From a virus (lineage: Duplodnaviria; Caudoviricetes), in IMG/VR virus record IMGVR_UViG_3300034073_003276: 64,000 nucleotides of DNA, one strand, 5' to 3'. Below the pieces are notes generated by a model. It had not been told where the DNA came from. It saw only the letters and a program-made list of their open reading frames with translations, and searched no databases. Shown here in pieces: positions 28,649 to 39,600 of the stretch (positions are counted from its first letter, which is position 1; each line of letters begins with the position of its first letter). The translations under genes were made by a program, and so were the position numbers.

Positions 28649-29002
28649 TTACTCTGATATCAAAACTAGAGTATTCATTTTCTCCCCCCATTCTATAAAC
28701 CACTTTCTCATATCATCAGTTATTCTTTTATTATTTATCCCAAACACTTTAAGGTATTGACCATTTTCATTTCGTTCCACAGATACTAATACATTACACT
28801 TATCAGGTCTCATTTCTTCTGGTAGCAAATGTTGACTCCAGGCACACTGATAATTCCTACAAGATTCTGGTCGTCCTTTATGAACTCCACATCCATTACA
28901 TTCCAAGAACTTACAAGACTGTCCCTGACCAAACTTCCAAGCAAAAGCATCACCAATCAACCAAGTACAACAAGCAGTACATTCTCCACATTCACGAAAC
29001 AT
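28649..29002 (-). CDS. YkgJ/CxxCxxCC family Cys-rich protein
   Basis: CGECTACC...C..L...C.VH..RP..CR.Y.C. Confidence 0.7.
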   Translation of the reverse strand: MFRECGECTACCTWLIGDAFAWKFGQGQSCKFLECNGCGVHKGRPESCRNYQCAWSQHLLPEEMRPDKCNVLVSVERNENGQYLKVFGINNKRITDDMRKWFIEWGEKMNTLVLISE

Positions 29003-29645
29003 AATCTTTCTCCTGATAAAAATATGTATAAGGTTCGTGGTCTTCTGGTTGATACAAAGATTTCATCTTACCATTTCCAGTACCAATCCAGAATTCTCTG
29101 TCCAATCTAAAGTTACTCTTCAAGAACTCATCATCCAAAGTATTTACATAAGAAGCATTTGCCCACCAAAAGTTTCCTACAAAATGTTGAGTTCCTACCT
29201 TTTCCCAAGTTTGTGTACCATCACTCCAAGTTGTTGGTCCTAAAATCTTAAGATTACTTCCAACAACATCATAATCATTCAAATATTCTACACATTCTTT
29301 CCATCTATCAATCACAAAGTATTCCATCATTAGTCTCCAACTCTCTCCATTTAGGCAGTGTTGAGATATACCTTTTGTGTGAAAGTAAATAACTTTGTAG
29401 TCTGGATTTTCTTTACAGAAATCTCTTAAAGAGATTAGAGTTTCTGTTTCTTCTTTATGGTTTTGATTATAAACGATCTTTGTATTCTCTGGAACATTAA
29501 AAAGTTCTTGGTCTCCATTTACACCAAAGTGAATATAATCTGCTTCTTTGATTAATTCAGAAGCATATAATCTATGAACTTGTTGTAGATATACAAAAGC
29601 ACCCAACCCCATTTGAGTTATGTGATAAAAAATTGCTAGTTTCAT
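28992..29645 (-). CDS. Hypothetical GT-like protein, tandem paralogue A
   Basis: MKLAIFYHI...YFHTKG...HF.GNFWWA. Confidence 0.55.
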   Translation of the reverse strand: MKLAIFYHITQMGLGAFVYLQQVHRLYASELIKEADYIHFGVNGDQELFNVPENTKIVYNQNHKEETETLISLRDFCKENPDYKVIYFHTKGISQHCLNGESWRLMMEYFVIDRWKECVEYLNDYDVVGSNLKILGPTTWSDGTQTWEKVGTQHFVGNFWWANASYVNTLDDEFLKSNFRLDREFWIGTGNGKMKSLYQPEDHEPYTYFYQEKDYVS

Positions 29646-30310
29646 TTTATATAAAGTTTTTCGTCGTATATGTCTATATAAAAATCTCCAATTTCTCCAT
29701 TCATCTTAGAATAATTTAAACATTTTGGATTAGCATTTGTTGTTTGTCCTATCCACAATTCTTTTGTTAATCTTGGAAGATTTGGATTTAAATATTCATC
29801 ATTTAAAGTATTCACATAAGAAGCATTTGCCCACCAAAAGTTTCCAGCAAAATAATGAGAGTCAAATCTTTGCTTGAGAATATACTCATCTAAAAATACT
29901 TTTTTAGCACCATAACAATCAGTACCACAAGAATCATATTCACTTAGATATTCTACACACTCTTTCCACTTATCAATCGTATAGTATTCCATATACAATC
30001 TCCAAGCACTTGTTTGTAAATCATTTTTACTAGCACCTTTTGTGTGAAAATAAAAAACTTTGTAGTCTGGATTTTCTTTACAAAAATCTCTTAAAGATAT
30101 TAAGGTGTCCGATTCATCTCCTAAATTTTTATTTCTTTTTACGATTGCCTTGTCTGGAACATTAAAAAGTTCTTGGTCTCCATTCACTCCAAAGTGAATA
30201 TGAGATGCTTCTTTGATTAATCCTGAAGCATAAAGTCTATGAATTTGCTGTTGGTATATGAAAGCACCTAGACCCATTTGTGCTATATGATAAAAAATTG
30301 CTAGTTTCAT
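29642..30310 (-). CDS. Hypothetical GT-like protein, tandem paralogue B
   Basis: Same motifs as 28992..29645. Confidence 0.55.
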   Translation of the reverse strand: MKLAIFYHIAQMGLGAFIYQQQIHRLYASGLIKEASHIHFGVNGDQELFNVPDKAIVKRNKNLGDESDTLISLRDFCKENPDYKVFYFHTKGASKNDLQTSAWRLYMEYYTIDKWKECVEYLSEYDSCGTDCYGAKKVFLDEYILKQRFDSHYFAGNFWWANASYVNTLNDEYLNPNLPRLTKELWIGQTTNANPKCLNYSKMNGEIGDFYIDIYDEKLYIK

Positions 30311-31086
30311 ATATTATAACTATCTCCTTCCATTCCTTTGATTGTTGTAAGTCCTAGATTTGGAATACTAATCACATTCCTTTTATTTAAGAACCGATAA
30401 AGAGAATGTTCAACATCAGTACCTGCCGTATATTGAATCATTTTTTCCATATAAACAAATGCTTTCTCAAGTGTCTCAACAATCTCATTAAAAAGCATAC
30501 GGTCAAAAGACCATAATCCAGTTACCATCATACCCTTTGCACCATAAAGATAAGCATAGACATTCTCAAGTTCTTTACCATCAAAATTCTCTGCTTCTTG
30601 TGGAAGATAGTCATACTTTTTGATTATATATCGTTCCTCAAGAAACTTTGATTCATAATCTTTAATATCAAAATACTCATTCAACAAATATCTTCCAGTC
30701 AATTTGAATACTCTTTGACTATCACTGAATAGATTATGTTTTTTAATTACATAAAGAGCATTCAATAATCCTCTGGTTTCTAATAATGACTTAACATAAG
30801 TAATCAGTTCTGGTCTTGATTCTAGATTTTCGTAGATTTGTTTGATTACTGGTTCATTATAAAATTCCAAAAACAAATCTGCTTTTTCTTTGATTACATC
30901 TTTTTGCCTTTCGTCAATTGGTTTAGAAGAACACTCAAATAAAACGACATAAGAGTTTGGTACTTTTTCTCTTATACATTCAATCGTTTTTAATGTTTGC
31001 TCAAATCTTTGCTCCTCATCATAAGCACTAAACTTTTCTTCTTGAAAGTGTTTAAGTGCTGAACCAACCAAAAATAAAAATTTCAT
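30307..31086 (-). CDS. Hypothetical protein, possibly GT-like
   Basis: R.EQTL.TI..IR...FKLTGRY.L motif. Confidence 0.45.
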   Translation of the reverse strand: MKFLFLVGSALKHFQEEKFSAYDEEQRFEQTLKTIECIREKVPNSYVVLFECSSKPIDERQKDVIKEKADLFLEFYNEPVIKQIYENLESRPELITYVKSLLETRGLLNALYVIKKHNLFSDSQRVFKLTGRYLLNEYFDIKDYESKFLEERYIIKKYDYLPQEAENFDGKELENVYAYLYGAKGMMVTGLWSFDRMLFNEIVETLEKAFVYMEKMIQYTAGTDVEHSLYRFLNKRNVISIPNLGLTTIKGMEGDSYNI

Positions 31087-31541
31087 AAGTAATCTGTATT
31101 AAAACTAATAATAATTCTTTCTTCTGTTTCTTCTTCAGTATAGTGAACCAAATCACTTGAGAAAATGATTAATAATCCTGGATAAGGACTGATTGAAGTA
31201 TCTGGAAATATTAAAGGAGTCTTTCCAGAAATATAAAATGCTCCACTTACAATACTTTCTTCGTGCTTATGTGCCTTAAGTTTATTTCCTGGTTTTGAAA
31301 TATTAAACCAACTATTGATAAATTTGAGTGGTGAAATCTCATACTTATTACAATATATTCTAACATATTGTTTAAGAATATTTCTCAATCCAGTCAGTTC
31401 TGGATACAATAGAGTAGGCATTCCGTAATTATAAGTGGAAACACCATTGGTTACAAGACCGTGAGAACTAGTTTCTATTTGAAAAAGTTTGCTCTTAATA
31501 GTATTTAGATTGAGAAAAGAAAGGTTATACTCCTCTATCAT
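31083..31541 (-). CDS. Putative 2OG-Fe(II) oxygenase (TIGR02466-like)
   Basis: SWFN...H.H...SG.FY...F.S.L.H...RI.ISFN. Confidence 0.75.
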   Translation of the reverse strand: MIEEYNLSFLNLNTIKSKLFQIETSSHGLVTNGVSTYNYGMPTLLYPELTGLRNILKQYVRIYCNKYEISPLKFINSWFNISKPGNKLKAHKHEESIVSGAFYISGKTPLIFPDTSISPYPGLLIIFSSDLVHYTEEETEERIIISFNTDYL

Positions 31542-32865
31542 TTAAAAATTCCTTCAGTTGCTTCAAAGGTTCGTCCCAGTTTCTTGGTTTCTTTTGCTTG
31601 AACAAATGGACATTATCCCCATACCACCAAGACTTTCCTGTTGAACTTGTCCAAACATAATACTCCATAATCGGTACAAAGACACATACTTCTTTACCTT
31701 GTGATGCTGCTATATGAGCAATAGAGGTACAAGAAGTAATCACCAAGTCCATTTGAGATACAAGTGAGAATGTATCTGTAAAATCCCTATTTGGAATATC
31801 AAAAGTATTTACCTCATAATACTCTGGTGGCAATTGATCAGGTAGTTGAAGTGAATATAATGACGAATTAGTTTTTGATATAACTTTGAATAAATCATCA
31901 GCATCAATAGAACGAAAATGTGCTTGTTCAAATCCAGAACCAGAGTTCCAGAATGTACCAATCTTATATTTTTGGTCTTCTTGTAGATATGAATATTGCT
32001 CTTCTTTTTGTGGTAGTGGTTTTAGATAAGGAGTTTGACCTAAATCTTCTACCTTGAGATTAAGATAATAAGGAAGAGCAAGGGCATAAACCCAACAAGC
32101 ATCTTTTGGAAACTTTGGTTTGTCCCAAACACAGACAGAGTTAAATTCATTGTAGTTAAAAAGTTTTACTAATTCTTTTCTAGTTGATGTCCATATAGGA
32201 TTCATTCCAAGTTTCTTCAGATGCTTCATAAAACGAATATGGATAATTTCATCACCAGCACCACACTGACTATCAATAATAATCGTTCTACCTGGAGTTA
32301 CTGTTCCATCCCACTTCTCATAGTTTGGATACTTTTTATTCTTATATGCCTCTACTTCTCCTGCTTTGAGAAAGTGCTGAAGTCCTGTATGAATATCGTC
32401 TTTACGAAAGTAATGTCCAGATAGGTTATGATATGCCTTTCTTTCAATCTCTTCGGGTAGTCTTTTTTTAATTAGGTCAAATAGAAGTTTTTCTGATTTC
32501 TCTTTTTGATTTAAGGCAGAATATGAAAAAGTTTCCTCAAGAAGAAGTTCAGAATCTTGAGGATTTTGTGATTTGATTTTTGAGATTTGAGTTATTGCTT
32601 TTTCTGGATAGTTATTTTGGTTGTATGCGTTTATAAGGTTTTTTGCAGTAATGTAAATTTCTTCTTTTGACTTTGCTAACTTAAGTGCTTTCTCACCATA
32701 AGTAATAGCATTTGAGAAATCTTTAATTTCAAAAAAAATCTTAGCAACATCATCGTGCTGCTCAAAAGTTTCTGCTCTTTTTCCAAATGCTTGAAGAACT
32801 TCCGTTGTAAGTTCCTTTTCGTTGAAGGAGTACAGAGTTTTTGTAACCAATTCAAGAGGGTTCAT
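31525..32865 (-). CDS. TPR plus GT9/GT-B-like protein
   Basis: TPR N-terminus; QCGAGD.I...R; DLVITSCTSIAHIA...G. Confidence 0.7.
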   Translation of the reverse strand: MNPLELVTKTLYSFNEKELTTEVLQAFGKRAETFEQHDDVAKIFFEIKDFSNAITYGEKALKLAKSKEEIYITAKNLINAYNQNNYPEKAITQISKIKSQNPQDSELLLEETFSYSALNQKEKSEKLLFDLIKKRLPEEIERKAYHNLSGHYFRKDDIHTGLQHFLKAGEVEAYKNKKYPNYEKWDGTVTPGRTIIIDSQCGAGDEIIHIRFMKHLKKLGMNPIWTSTRKELVKLFNYNEFNSVCVWDKPKFPKDACWVYALALPYYLNLKVEDLGQTPYLKPLPQKEEQYSYLQEDQKYKIGTFWNSGSGFEQAHFRSIDADDLFKVISKTNSSLYSLQLPDQLPPEYYEVNTFDIPNRDFTDTFSLVSQMDLVITSCTSIAHIAASQGKEVCVFVPIMEYYVWTSSTGKSWWYGDNVHLFKQKKPRNWDEPLKQLKEFLNDRGV

Positions 32866-32892
32866 TGTGCAATGATAATGTGTTTAGAGTAT

Positions 32893-34128
32893 TTAGAATG
32901 GTGTAAAGTCTACTGATTTAATTGCTGCTGCAAAATCTGATCCACCACTCACTTGTTTCCAGTCAGTTCCTCCAGCGAATGTGGTGATTGGAGTACTTCT
33001 GTCTCCTGTTGTTATTCCATTTCCAAGTCTTCCAGCCAATGCATGACCCCAAATCCATAAGGTTCCATCAGTTTTGATTGCTGTTGTAAGACTTCCACCA
33101 CTCACTTGTTTCCAGTTGGTTCCTCCAGCGAATGTAGTGATTGGAGTACTTATGTCTGTGACTCCTAACACTACTCCATTTCCAAGTATTCCTCTACCAC
33201 CATAACCCCAAGTCCATAAGGTTCCATCGGTCTTGATTGCTGCTGTATGCTGACTTCCAGCACTCACTTGTTTCCAGTTGGATCCTCCAGCGAATGTAGT
33301 GATTGGAGTACTTATGTTTGCTGTTATTACTGCGTTTCCAAGTTTTCCATCAGTTGTACCACCCCAAATCCATAAGGTTCCATCGGTCTTGATTGCTGCT
33401 GTATTACCTGATCCAGCACTCACTTGTTTCCAGTTGGTTCCTCCAGCAAATGTAGTGACTGGAGTACTTATGTAACCAAAAATCGTTGTTGTTACTCCAT
33501 TTCCAAGTTGTCCATTATATCCAGTACCCCAAAGCCATAAGGTTCCATCAGTTTTGATTGCTGCTGTATGAAATTCTCCACCACTCACTTGTTTCCAGTT
33601 GATTCCTCCAGCGAATGTAGTGACTGGAGTAATTGCGAATCCTGATACTACTCCATTTCCAACCCGACTTGCAGTACCCCAACTCCACAAGGTTCCATCG
33701 GTCTTGATTGCTGCTGTATGCTCACTTCCAGCACTCACTTGTTTCCAGTTGGATCCTCCAGCGAATGTGGTGACTGGAGTACTTATGTCTCCTATTGTTA
33801 TTCCATTTCCAAGCAGTGCACTTCCCTCACCCCAAGTCCATAAGGTTCCATCAGTTTTGATTGCTGCCATGTGGTCATTACCAGCACTCACTTGTTTCCA
33901 GTTGGTTCCTCCAGAGAATGTGGTGACTGGAGTACTTATGTATCCTGTTATTACTCCATTTCCAAGTTTTCCAGAAACTCCAAAACCCCAAGTCCATAAC
34001 TCTGGAGGAATACCTATCTTATCTGCAATTCCTGGGTAAACAGTAATTAAATAGTCTTTAGTGACTAACTTAGTCCCCAAATCAACACCATTACTATCTT
34101 TAAAGTTAGTTACTGGTTCTAAACTCAT
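32893..34128 (-). CDS. RCC1-like 7-bladed beta-propeller
   Basis: Seven repeats near-identical in scaffold to 27428..28624. Confidence 0.85.
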   Translation of the reverse strand: MSLEPVTNFKDSNGVDLGTKLVTKDYLITVYPGIADKIGIPPELWTWGFGVSGKLGNGVITGYISTPVTTFSGGTNWKQVSAGNDHMAAIKTDGTLWTWGEGSALLGNGITIGDISTPVTTFAGGSNWKQVSAGSEHTAAIKTDGTLWSWGTASRVGNGVVSGFAITPVTTFAGGINWKQVSGGEFHTAAIKTDGTLWLWGTGYNGQLGNGVTTTIFGYISTPVTTFAGGTNWKQVSAGSGNTAAIKTDGTLWIWGGTTDGKLGNAVITANISTPITTFAGGSNWKQVSAGSQHTAAIKTDGTLWTWGYGGRGILGNGVVLGVTDISTPITTFAGGTNWKQVSGGSLTTAIKTDGTLWIWGHALAGRLGNGITTGDRSTPITTFAGGTDWKQVSGGSDFAAAIKSVDFTPF

Positions 34129-34129
34129 T

Positions 34130-34918
34130 TCATTCCTCTATTGGTATTTGAAATTCTCCGAGTCCTTCAAGTTCTTCAGATACTTCACGAACAATAACAT
34201 CGTGAACCTCATCAATTGTTAAACAAGCATCAATCTCTTGAAGTTTTGCTAACTCCCAATCAAATGCTTCCTGAACTACTTTATCAACTTCACTTACAAT
34301 GTACTGAAGTTGTTCTGTAGTGATCTCCAACCAAGTATTCTCAAACTTAAAGTTATGAGGACCAGGAGATGCAGAAAGTTTACTTGCAAGCATCAATCTT
34401 TCTTCTCTTGATGTTGATACTTTTACTTCAGTATCATTTACTATAAGAGTAATGGTAGTATTTTCTTTTTCTCTTCTATAAGGAGCAACTTCTTGTTTAC
34501 GAAGTGCTTTGACTTCTTCTAAAGTTTTATTAGTGATTGTATAAGTAAATACAACTTTTGCAGGAACATCAATGTCTGCAAAAGTACCGTAACTATACAC
34601 CACTTCACCATCTTCACCGACTTTCATATTGACGCTATCATCATCGGTCACACTCACATCATTACTCAACTTTTCTGTAACAATTTCCCAAATAAAGTTT
34701 CCTATATTATGATACTTTGAATCATTTTCTGGAATCACTCTTTCGATTGGAAGAAGATGTGTAATCCCATCCGAAAAATGAATTGGAACATGTAAATAAC
34801 TTTTTGGTGAAATTCTATCTCTTAATTCCAAATCTTCTAATTCAGAATTAATCATACGTACATTGAATCTAATAGGTCCAAGAATGAGTTGATTGTTGTG
34901 TACTAATGCAAATTCCAT
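34130..34918 (-). CDS. DUF4376-like tail fibre-associated protein
   Basis: V...R...E...T.RE.R...NFKF...W...L..I...V...VQ..F.WE. Confidence 0.55.
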   Translation of the reverse strand: MEFALVHNNQLILGPIRFNVRMINSELEDLELRDRISPKSYLHVPIHFSDGITHLLPIERVIPENDSKYHNIGNFIWEIVTEKLSNDVSVTDDDSVNMKVGEDGEVVYSYGTFADIDVPAKVVFTYTITNKTLEEVKALRKQEVAPYRREKENTTITLIVNDTEVKVSTSREERLMLASKLSASPGPHNFKFENTWLEITTEQLQYIVSEVDKVVQEAFDWELAKLQEIDACLTIDEVHDVIVREVSEELEGLGEFQIPIEE

Positions 34919-34934
34919 ATCTTTTTTTTAATAT

Positions 34935-36698
34935 TTAGACATACTCAAGTTGAACAACGGGTCTATAGGTTCTAGTTGAAGTTGGATTATCAACATTAAT
35001 TGTATAAGTACCTGCACTATCCGACAGAGAAAACCATAAAGTTCCTGAACCTATTGGACTTGTGCCAGAAGAATTCCAGTTAGTTGGACATTGACCCCAG
35101 GCAAAAATTATTGCTAGATCATCTCCAGTCCAATTAAATGAGGTAGTAAGACTAAATGTTTTAGTTGTACCTGTAGTAAAACTTTCGGATGATGCTGATT
35201 TGACTATAGTGTATCCAGTATGCCCCGGAGTTCCTCCACCAAAACTACCATTTTTCATGCCAATAGCATAATTCGGTAATGGTTGATATAATGGTTGTTG
35301 GGTTACATCAAATCTCAATCCACTTATAGTCGCAGATGTAGTACCAAGAGCAGATTGTAGTTCTGCAGAGGTATAAACCCACATTATAATATGTCTCCTA
35401 AAATAAATATTACATATATTTGGACTAGTTGTTGTATTGTTTCCTGATGCAGTTATTATATCTCCAGACCATGCAGGATCAGGCGGCGGTGGTGGCGGTG
35501 CATCATTTCCACCTATGCCTGATTGAACTGCTCCTGTATTATCAGATCTAGTACTCACTTGTTTCCAGTCAGTTCCTCCAGCGAATGTGGTGACTGGAGT
35601 ACTTATGTTTCCTGATCCTACTGCGTTTCCAAGTAATGAGGAGCCTGCATAACCCCAAGACCATAAGGTTCCATCAGTCTTGATTGCTGCTATATTATTA
35701 GATCCAGCACTCACTTGTTTCCAGTCAGTTCCTCCAGCAAATGTAGTGACTGGAGTACTCATGTCTCCTGTTGCTGTTGCATTTCCAAGTTTTCCATTAG
35801 ATGCAGAACCCCAAGTCCACAAGGTTCCATCGGTCTTGATTGCTGCTGTATGATAACCTCCACAACTCACTTGTTTCCAGTCAGTTCCTCCAGCGAATGT
35901 GGTGACTGGAGTACTTTTGAATCCTGATGCTACTGCGTTTCCAAGTTTTCCATAAACTGTATTACCCCAAGTCCATAAGGTTCCATCGGTCTTGATTGCT
36001 GCTGCATGAGCACCTCCAGAACTTACTTGTTTCCAGTTGGATCCTCCAGCGAATGTAGTGATTGGAGTAGATAAACTAACAAAACTTGATGTAGCTCCAT
36101 TTCCAAGTTGTCCATTAGCTGCAGAACCCCAAGTCCATAAGGTTCCATCAGTCTTGATTGCTGCTATATTACTAGATCCAGCACTCACTTGTTTCCAGTC
36201 AGTTCCTCCAGCAAATGTAGTGACTGGAGTACTTATGTTTCCTGTTATTACTCCATTTCCAAGATTTCCAACACTTCCAGAACCCCAAGTCCACAAGGTT
36301 CCATCGGTCTTAATTGCTGATGTATTAGCAGTTGTACCACTCACTTGTTTCCAGTCAGTTCCTCCAGCGAATGTGGTGACTGGAGTACTTATGTTTCCTG
36401 TTGTTACTCCATTTCCAAGTTTTCCAGAAACTCCAATACCCCAAAGCCATAAGGTTCCATCGGTCTTGATTGCTGATGTGAAAGAACCTCCAATATTCAC
36501 TTGTTTCCAGTTGGATCCTCCAGCGGATGTGGTGACTGGAGTACTTATGGATCCTACTGTTACTCCATTTCCAAGTCTTCCATTACTTCCAGAACCCCAA
36601 GTCCATAATTGATCTCCAATATACTGATCAATTAACCAATATTCAGTTACAAAGTAATTTTCAATATCTCCTTCTGGCGATAAAAATTCATTAGGCAT
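34935..36698 (-). CDS. RCC1-like propeller, poly-Pro linker and C-terminal beta domain
   Basis: Seven RCC1-like repeats, PPPPPP linker, VYTSAEL-containing domain. Confidence 0.8.
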   Translation of the reverse strand: MPNEFLSPEGDIENYFVTEYWLIDQYIGDQLWTWGSGSNGRLGNGVTVGSISTPVTTSAGGSNWKQVNIGGSFTSAIKTDGTLWLWGIGVSGKLGNGVTTGNISTPVTTFAGGTDWKQVSGTTANTSAIKTDGTLWTWGSGSVGNLGNGVITGNISTPVTTFAGGTDWKQVSAGSSNIAAIKTDGTLWTWGSAANGQLGNGATSSFVSLSTPITTFAGGSNWKQVSSGGAHAAAIKTDGTLWTWGNTVYGKLGNAVASGFKSTPVTTFAGGTDWKQVSCGGYHTAAIKTDGTLWTWGSASNGKLGNATATGDMSTPVTTFAGGTDWKQVSAGSNNIAAIKTDGTLWSWGYAGSSLLGNAVGSGNISTPVTTFAGGTDWKQVSTRSDNTGAVQSGIGGNDAPPPPPPDPAWSGDIITASGNNTTTSPNICNIYFRRHIIMWVYTSAELQSALGTTSATISGLRFDVTQQPLYQPLPNYAIGMKNGSFGGGTPGHTGYTIVKSASSESFTTGTTKTFSLTTSFNWTGDDLAIIFAWGQCPTNWNSSGTSPIGSGTLWFSLSDSAGTYTINVDNPTSTRTYRPVVQLEYV

Positions 36699-39600
36699 TT
36701 AACTTTCTCTCCATTTCTTCAATACGAACTTGTTGTTCTTTGATTGCTTCAATAAGTAATGCAACAATGTTTCCATAAGAAACTGATTTCAATCCTCTTG
36801 GCGTTTTAGATACAACTTCAGGTAAAACTTTTTCAATTTCTTGAGCAATCACACCAATTGATGGTTGATTATGTCCGTCAATCCAATCATATCTAACACC
36901 ATCAATTTTTTTAACCATATCTAAAGCATTTTCAATCTTTCTTACATTTGTTTTTTGAGTTTTATCAGAAAGTGATGTGAATACTGTCGCAAATAGAGTT
37001 CCACTTGAAGGATTATATTCAAGTTTGGTTGATGAAACATATAAGGTAGATACTGTGCCAGAAGTTGAATCTTCAAAAACAGGGTAACGAGTTGCATTTG
37101 TGCTTGTATCATCAGATATTGTTGCAACTGCAGAAGATCCTTGAGCACCTTGAGCACCCTGAGGTCCTTGTGGTCCTTGAGCACCTTGTGCACCCTGAGG
37201 TCCTTGAGGTCCTTGAATACCTTGTCTACCTTGAGTGCCTTGAGCACCTTGAGCACCTTGTGCACCCTGAGGTCCTTGTGGTCCTTGAGCACCTTGTGCA
37301 CCTTGTGCACCCTGAGGTCCTTGAGGTCCTTGAATACCTTGTCTACCTTGAGTGCCTTGAGCACCCTGAGCACCCTGAGCACCCTGAGCACCTTGAGGTC
37401 CTTGTGGTCCTTGAGCACCTTGTGCACCTTGTGCACCCTGAGGTCCTTGAGGTCCTTGAATACCTTGTCTACCTTGAGTGCCTTGAGCACCCTGAGCACC
37501 TTGAGGTCCTTGTGGTCCTTGAGCACCTTGTGCACCTTGAGCACCTTGAGGTCCTTGAGGTCCTTGAATACCTTGTCTACCTTGAGTGCCTTGAGCACCT
37601 TGAGCACCTTGAGCACCCTGAGGTCCTTGTGGTCCTTGAGCACCTTGAGCACCTTGAGGTCCTTGAGGTCCTTGAATACCTTGAATGCCTTGAGCACCTT
37701 GAGCACCTTGAGGTCCTTGTGGTCCTTGAGCACCTTGTGCACCTTGTGCACCCTGAGGTCCTTGAGGTCCTTGAATACCTTGAATGCCTTGAGCACCTTG
37801 AGCACCTTGAGCACCCTGAGCACCCTGAGCACCTTGAGGTCCTTGTGGTCCTTGAGCACCTTGTGCACCCTGAGGTCCTTGAGGTCCTTGAATACCTTGT
37901 CTACCTTGAGTGCCTTGAGCACCTTGAGCACCCTGAGCACCCTGAGCACCTTGAGGTCCTTGTGGTCCTTGAATACCTTGTCTACCTTGAGTGCCTTGAG
38001 CACCCTGAGCACCTTGAGGTCCTTGTGGTCCTTGAGCACCTTGAGCACCTTGTGCACCCTGAGGTCCTTGAGGTCCTTGAGGTCCTTGAATACCTTGTCT
38101 ACCTTGAGTGCCTTGAGCACCCTGAGCACCCTGAGCACCTTGAGGTCCTTGTGGTCCTTGAGCACCTTGTGCACCCTGAGGTCCTTGTGGTCCTTGAGCA
38201 CCTTGAGCACCTTGAGGTCCAGTTGGTCCTTGAATACCTTGTCTACCTTGAAGTGCTGCAGTAGAAATTGCTTCCCACTTTACCCCAGACCCAGTTGATA
38301 ATAAAACTGAAGTAGCAGATCCAACCTGATTGTTAACATCATATAATGCAGATCTTAATCTTATATTTCCATTGACATCTAATTTTTGTGTTGGATTTGT
38401 TTCACCAACACCGATATTTCCACCATAAGGTGCCAATTGAATTGTTCCACTTGCGTCTACATCAATAGAAGGAATACCTGAAACATCATTAACAGAGAAA
38501 ATAGATCCAGAAGTAAGATTATTTGTGATACTAAAAAGTTGTCCAGCAGAACCTTCAAACGAAAGTGTTCCTGTATTCAGAGTATCATAGTGAACAACGT
38601 CAATAACAGTTCCGATACCTAAAGTTCCAACTCCAGATACTGGAGTAATATAAGTTAAACTATCGGATCCAGTTGGATTGTTAGAAGCATCCTTATAAAC
38701 AACTTGATAGGCAGAACCTGCTACAGGTCCAGTTATACCTTGAATACCTTGTCTACCTTGAATACCTTGAATACCTTGTCTACCTTGAGTGCCTTGAGCA
38801 CCTTGAGCACCTTGAGCACCTTGAGCACCCTGAGGTCCTTGAGGTCCTTGAATACCTTGTCTACCTTGAGTGCCTTGAGCACCTTGAGCACCTTGAGGTC
38901 CTTGTGGTCCTTGAGCACCTTGTGCACCTTGTGCACCCTGAGGTCCTTGAGGTCCTTGAATACCTTGAATGCCTTGAGCACCTTGAGCACCCTGAGCACC
39001 CTGAGCACCTTGAGGTCCTTGTGGTCCTTGAGCACCTTGTGCACCCTGAGGTCCTTGAGGTCCTTGAATACCTTGTCTACCTTGAGTGCCTTGAGCACCT
39101 TGAGCACCCTGAGCACCCTGAGCACCTTGAGGTCCTTGTGGTCCTTGAGCACCTTGTGCACCCTGAGGTCCTTGAGGTCCTTGAATACCTTGAATGCCTT
39201 GAGCACCTTGAGCACCTTGTGCACCCTGAGGTCCTTGAGGTCCTTGAATACCTTGAATGCCTTGAGCACCTTGAGCACCTTGTGCACCTTGTGCACCCTG
39301 AGGTCCTTGAGGTCCTTGAATACCTTGTCTACCTTGAGTGCCTTGAGCACCTTGAGCACCCTGAGCACCTTGTGCACCTTGAGGTCCTTGAATACCTTGA
39401 ATGCCTTGAGCACCTTGAGCACCTTGTGCACCCTGAGGTCCTTGAGGTCCTTGAATACCTTGAATGCCTTGAGCACCTTGTGCACCTTGTGCACCTTGTG
39501 CACCCTGAGGTCCTTGAATACCTTGCCTACCTTGAGTGCCTTGAGCACCTTGTGCACCCTGAGGTCCTTGAGGTCCTTGAATACCTTGAATGCCTTGAGC

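Noticed and set aside
27428-36698. Diversity-generating retroelement or CRISPR array
   Set aside because: Repeats are in-frame coding blades, variation is not obviously adenine-restricted, and no RT, TR/VR pair or cas operon is in the window
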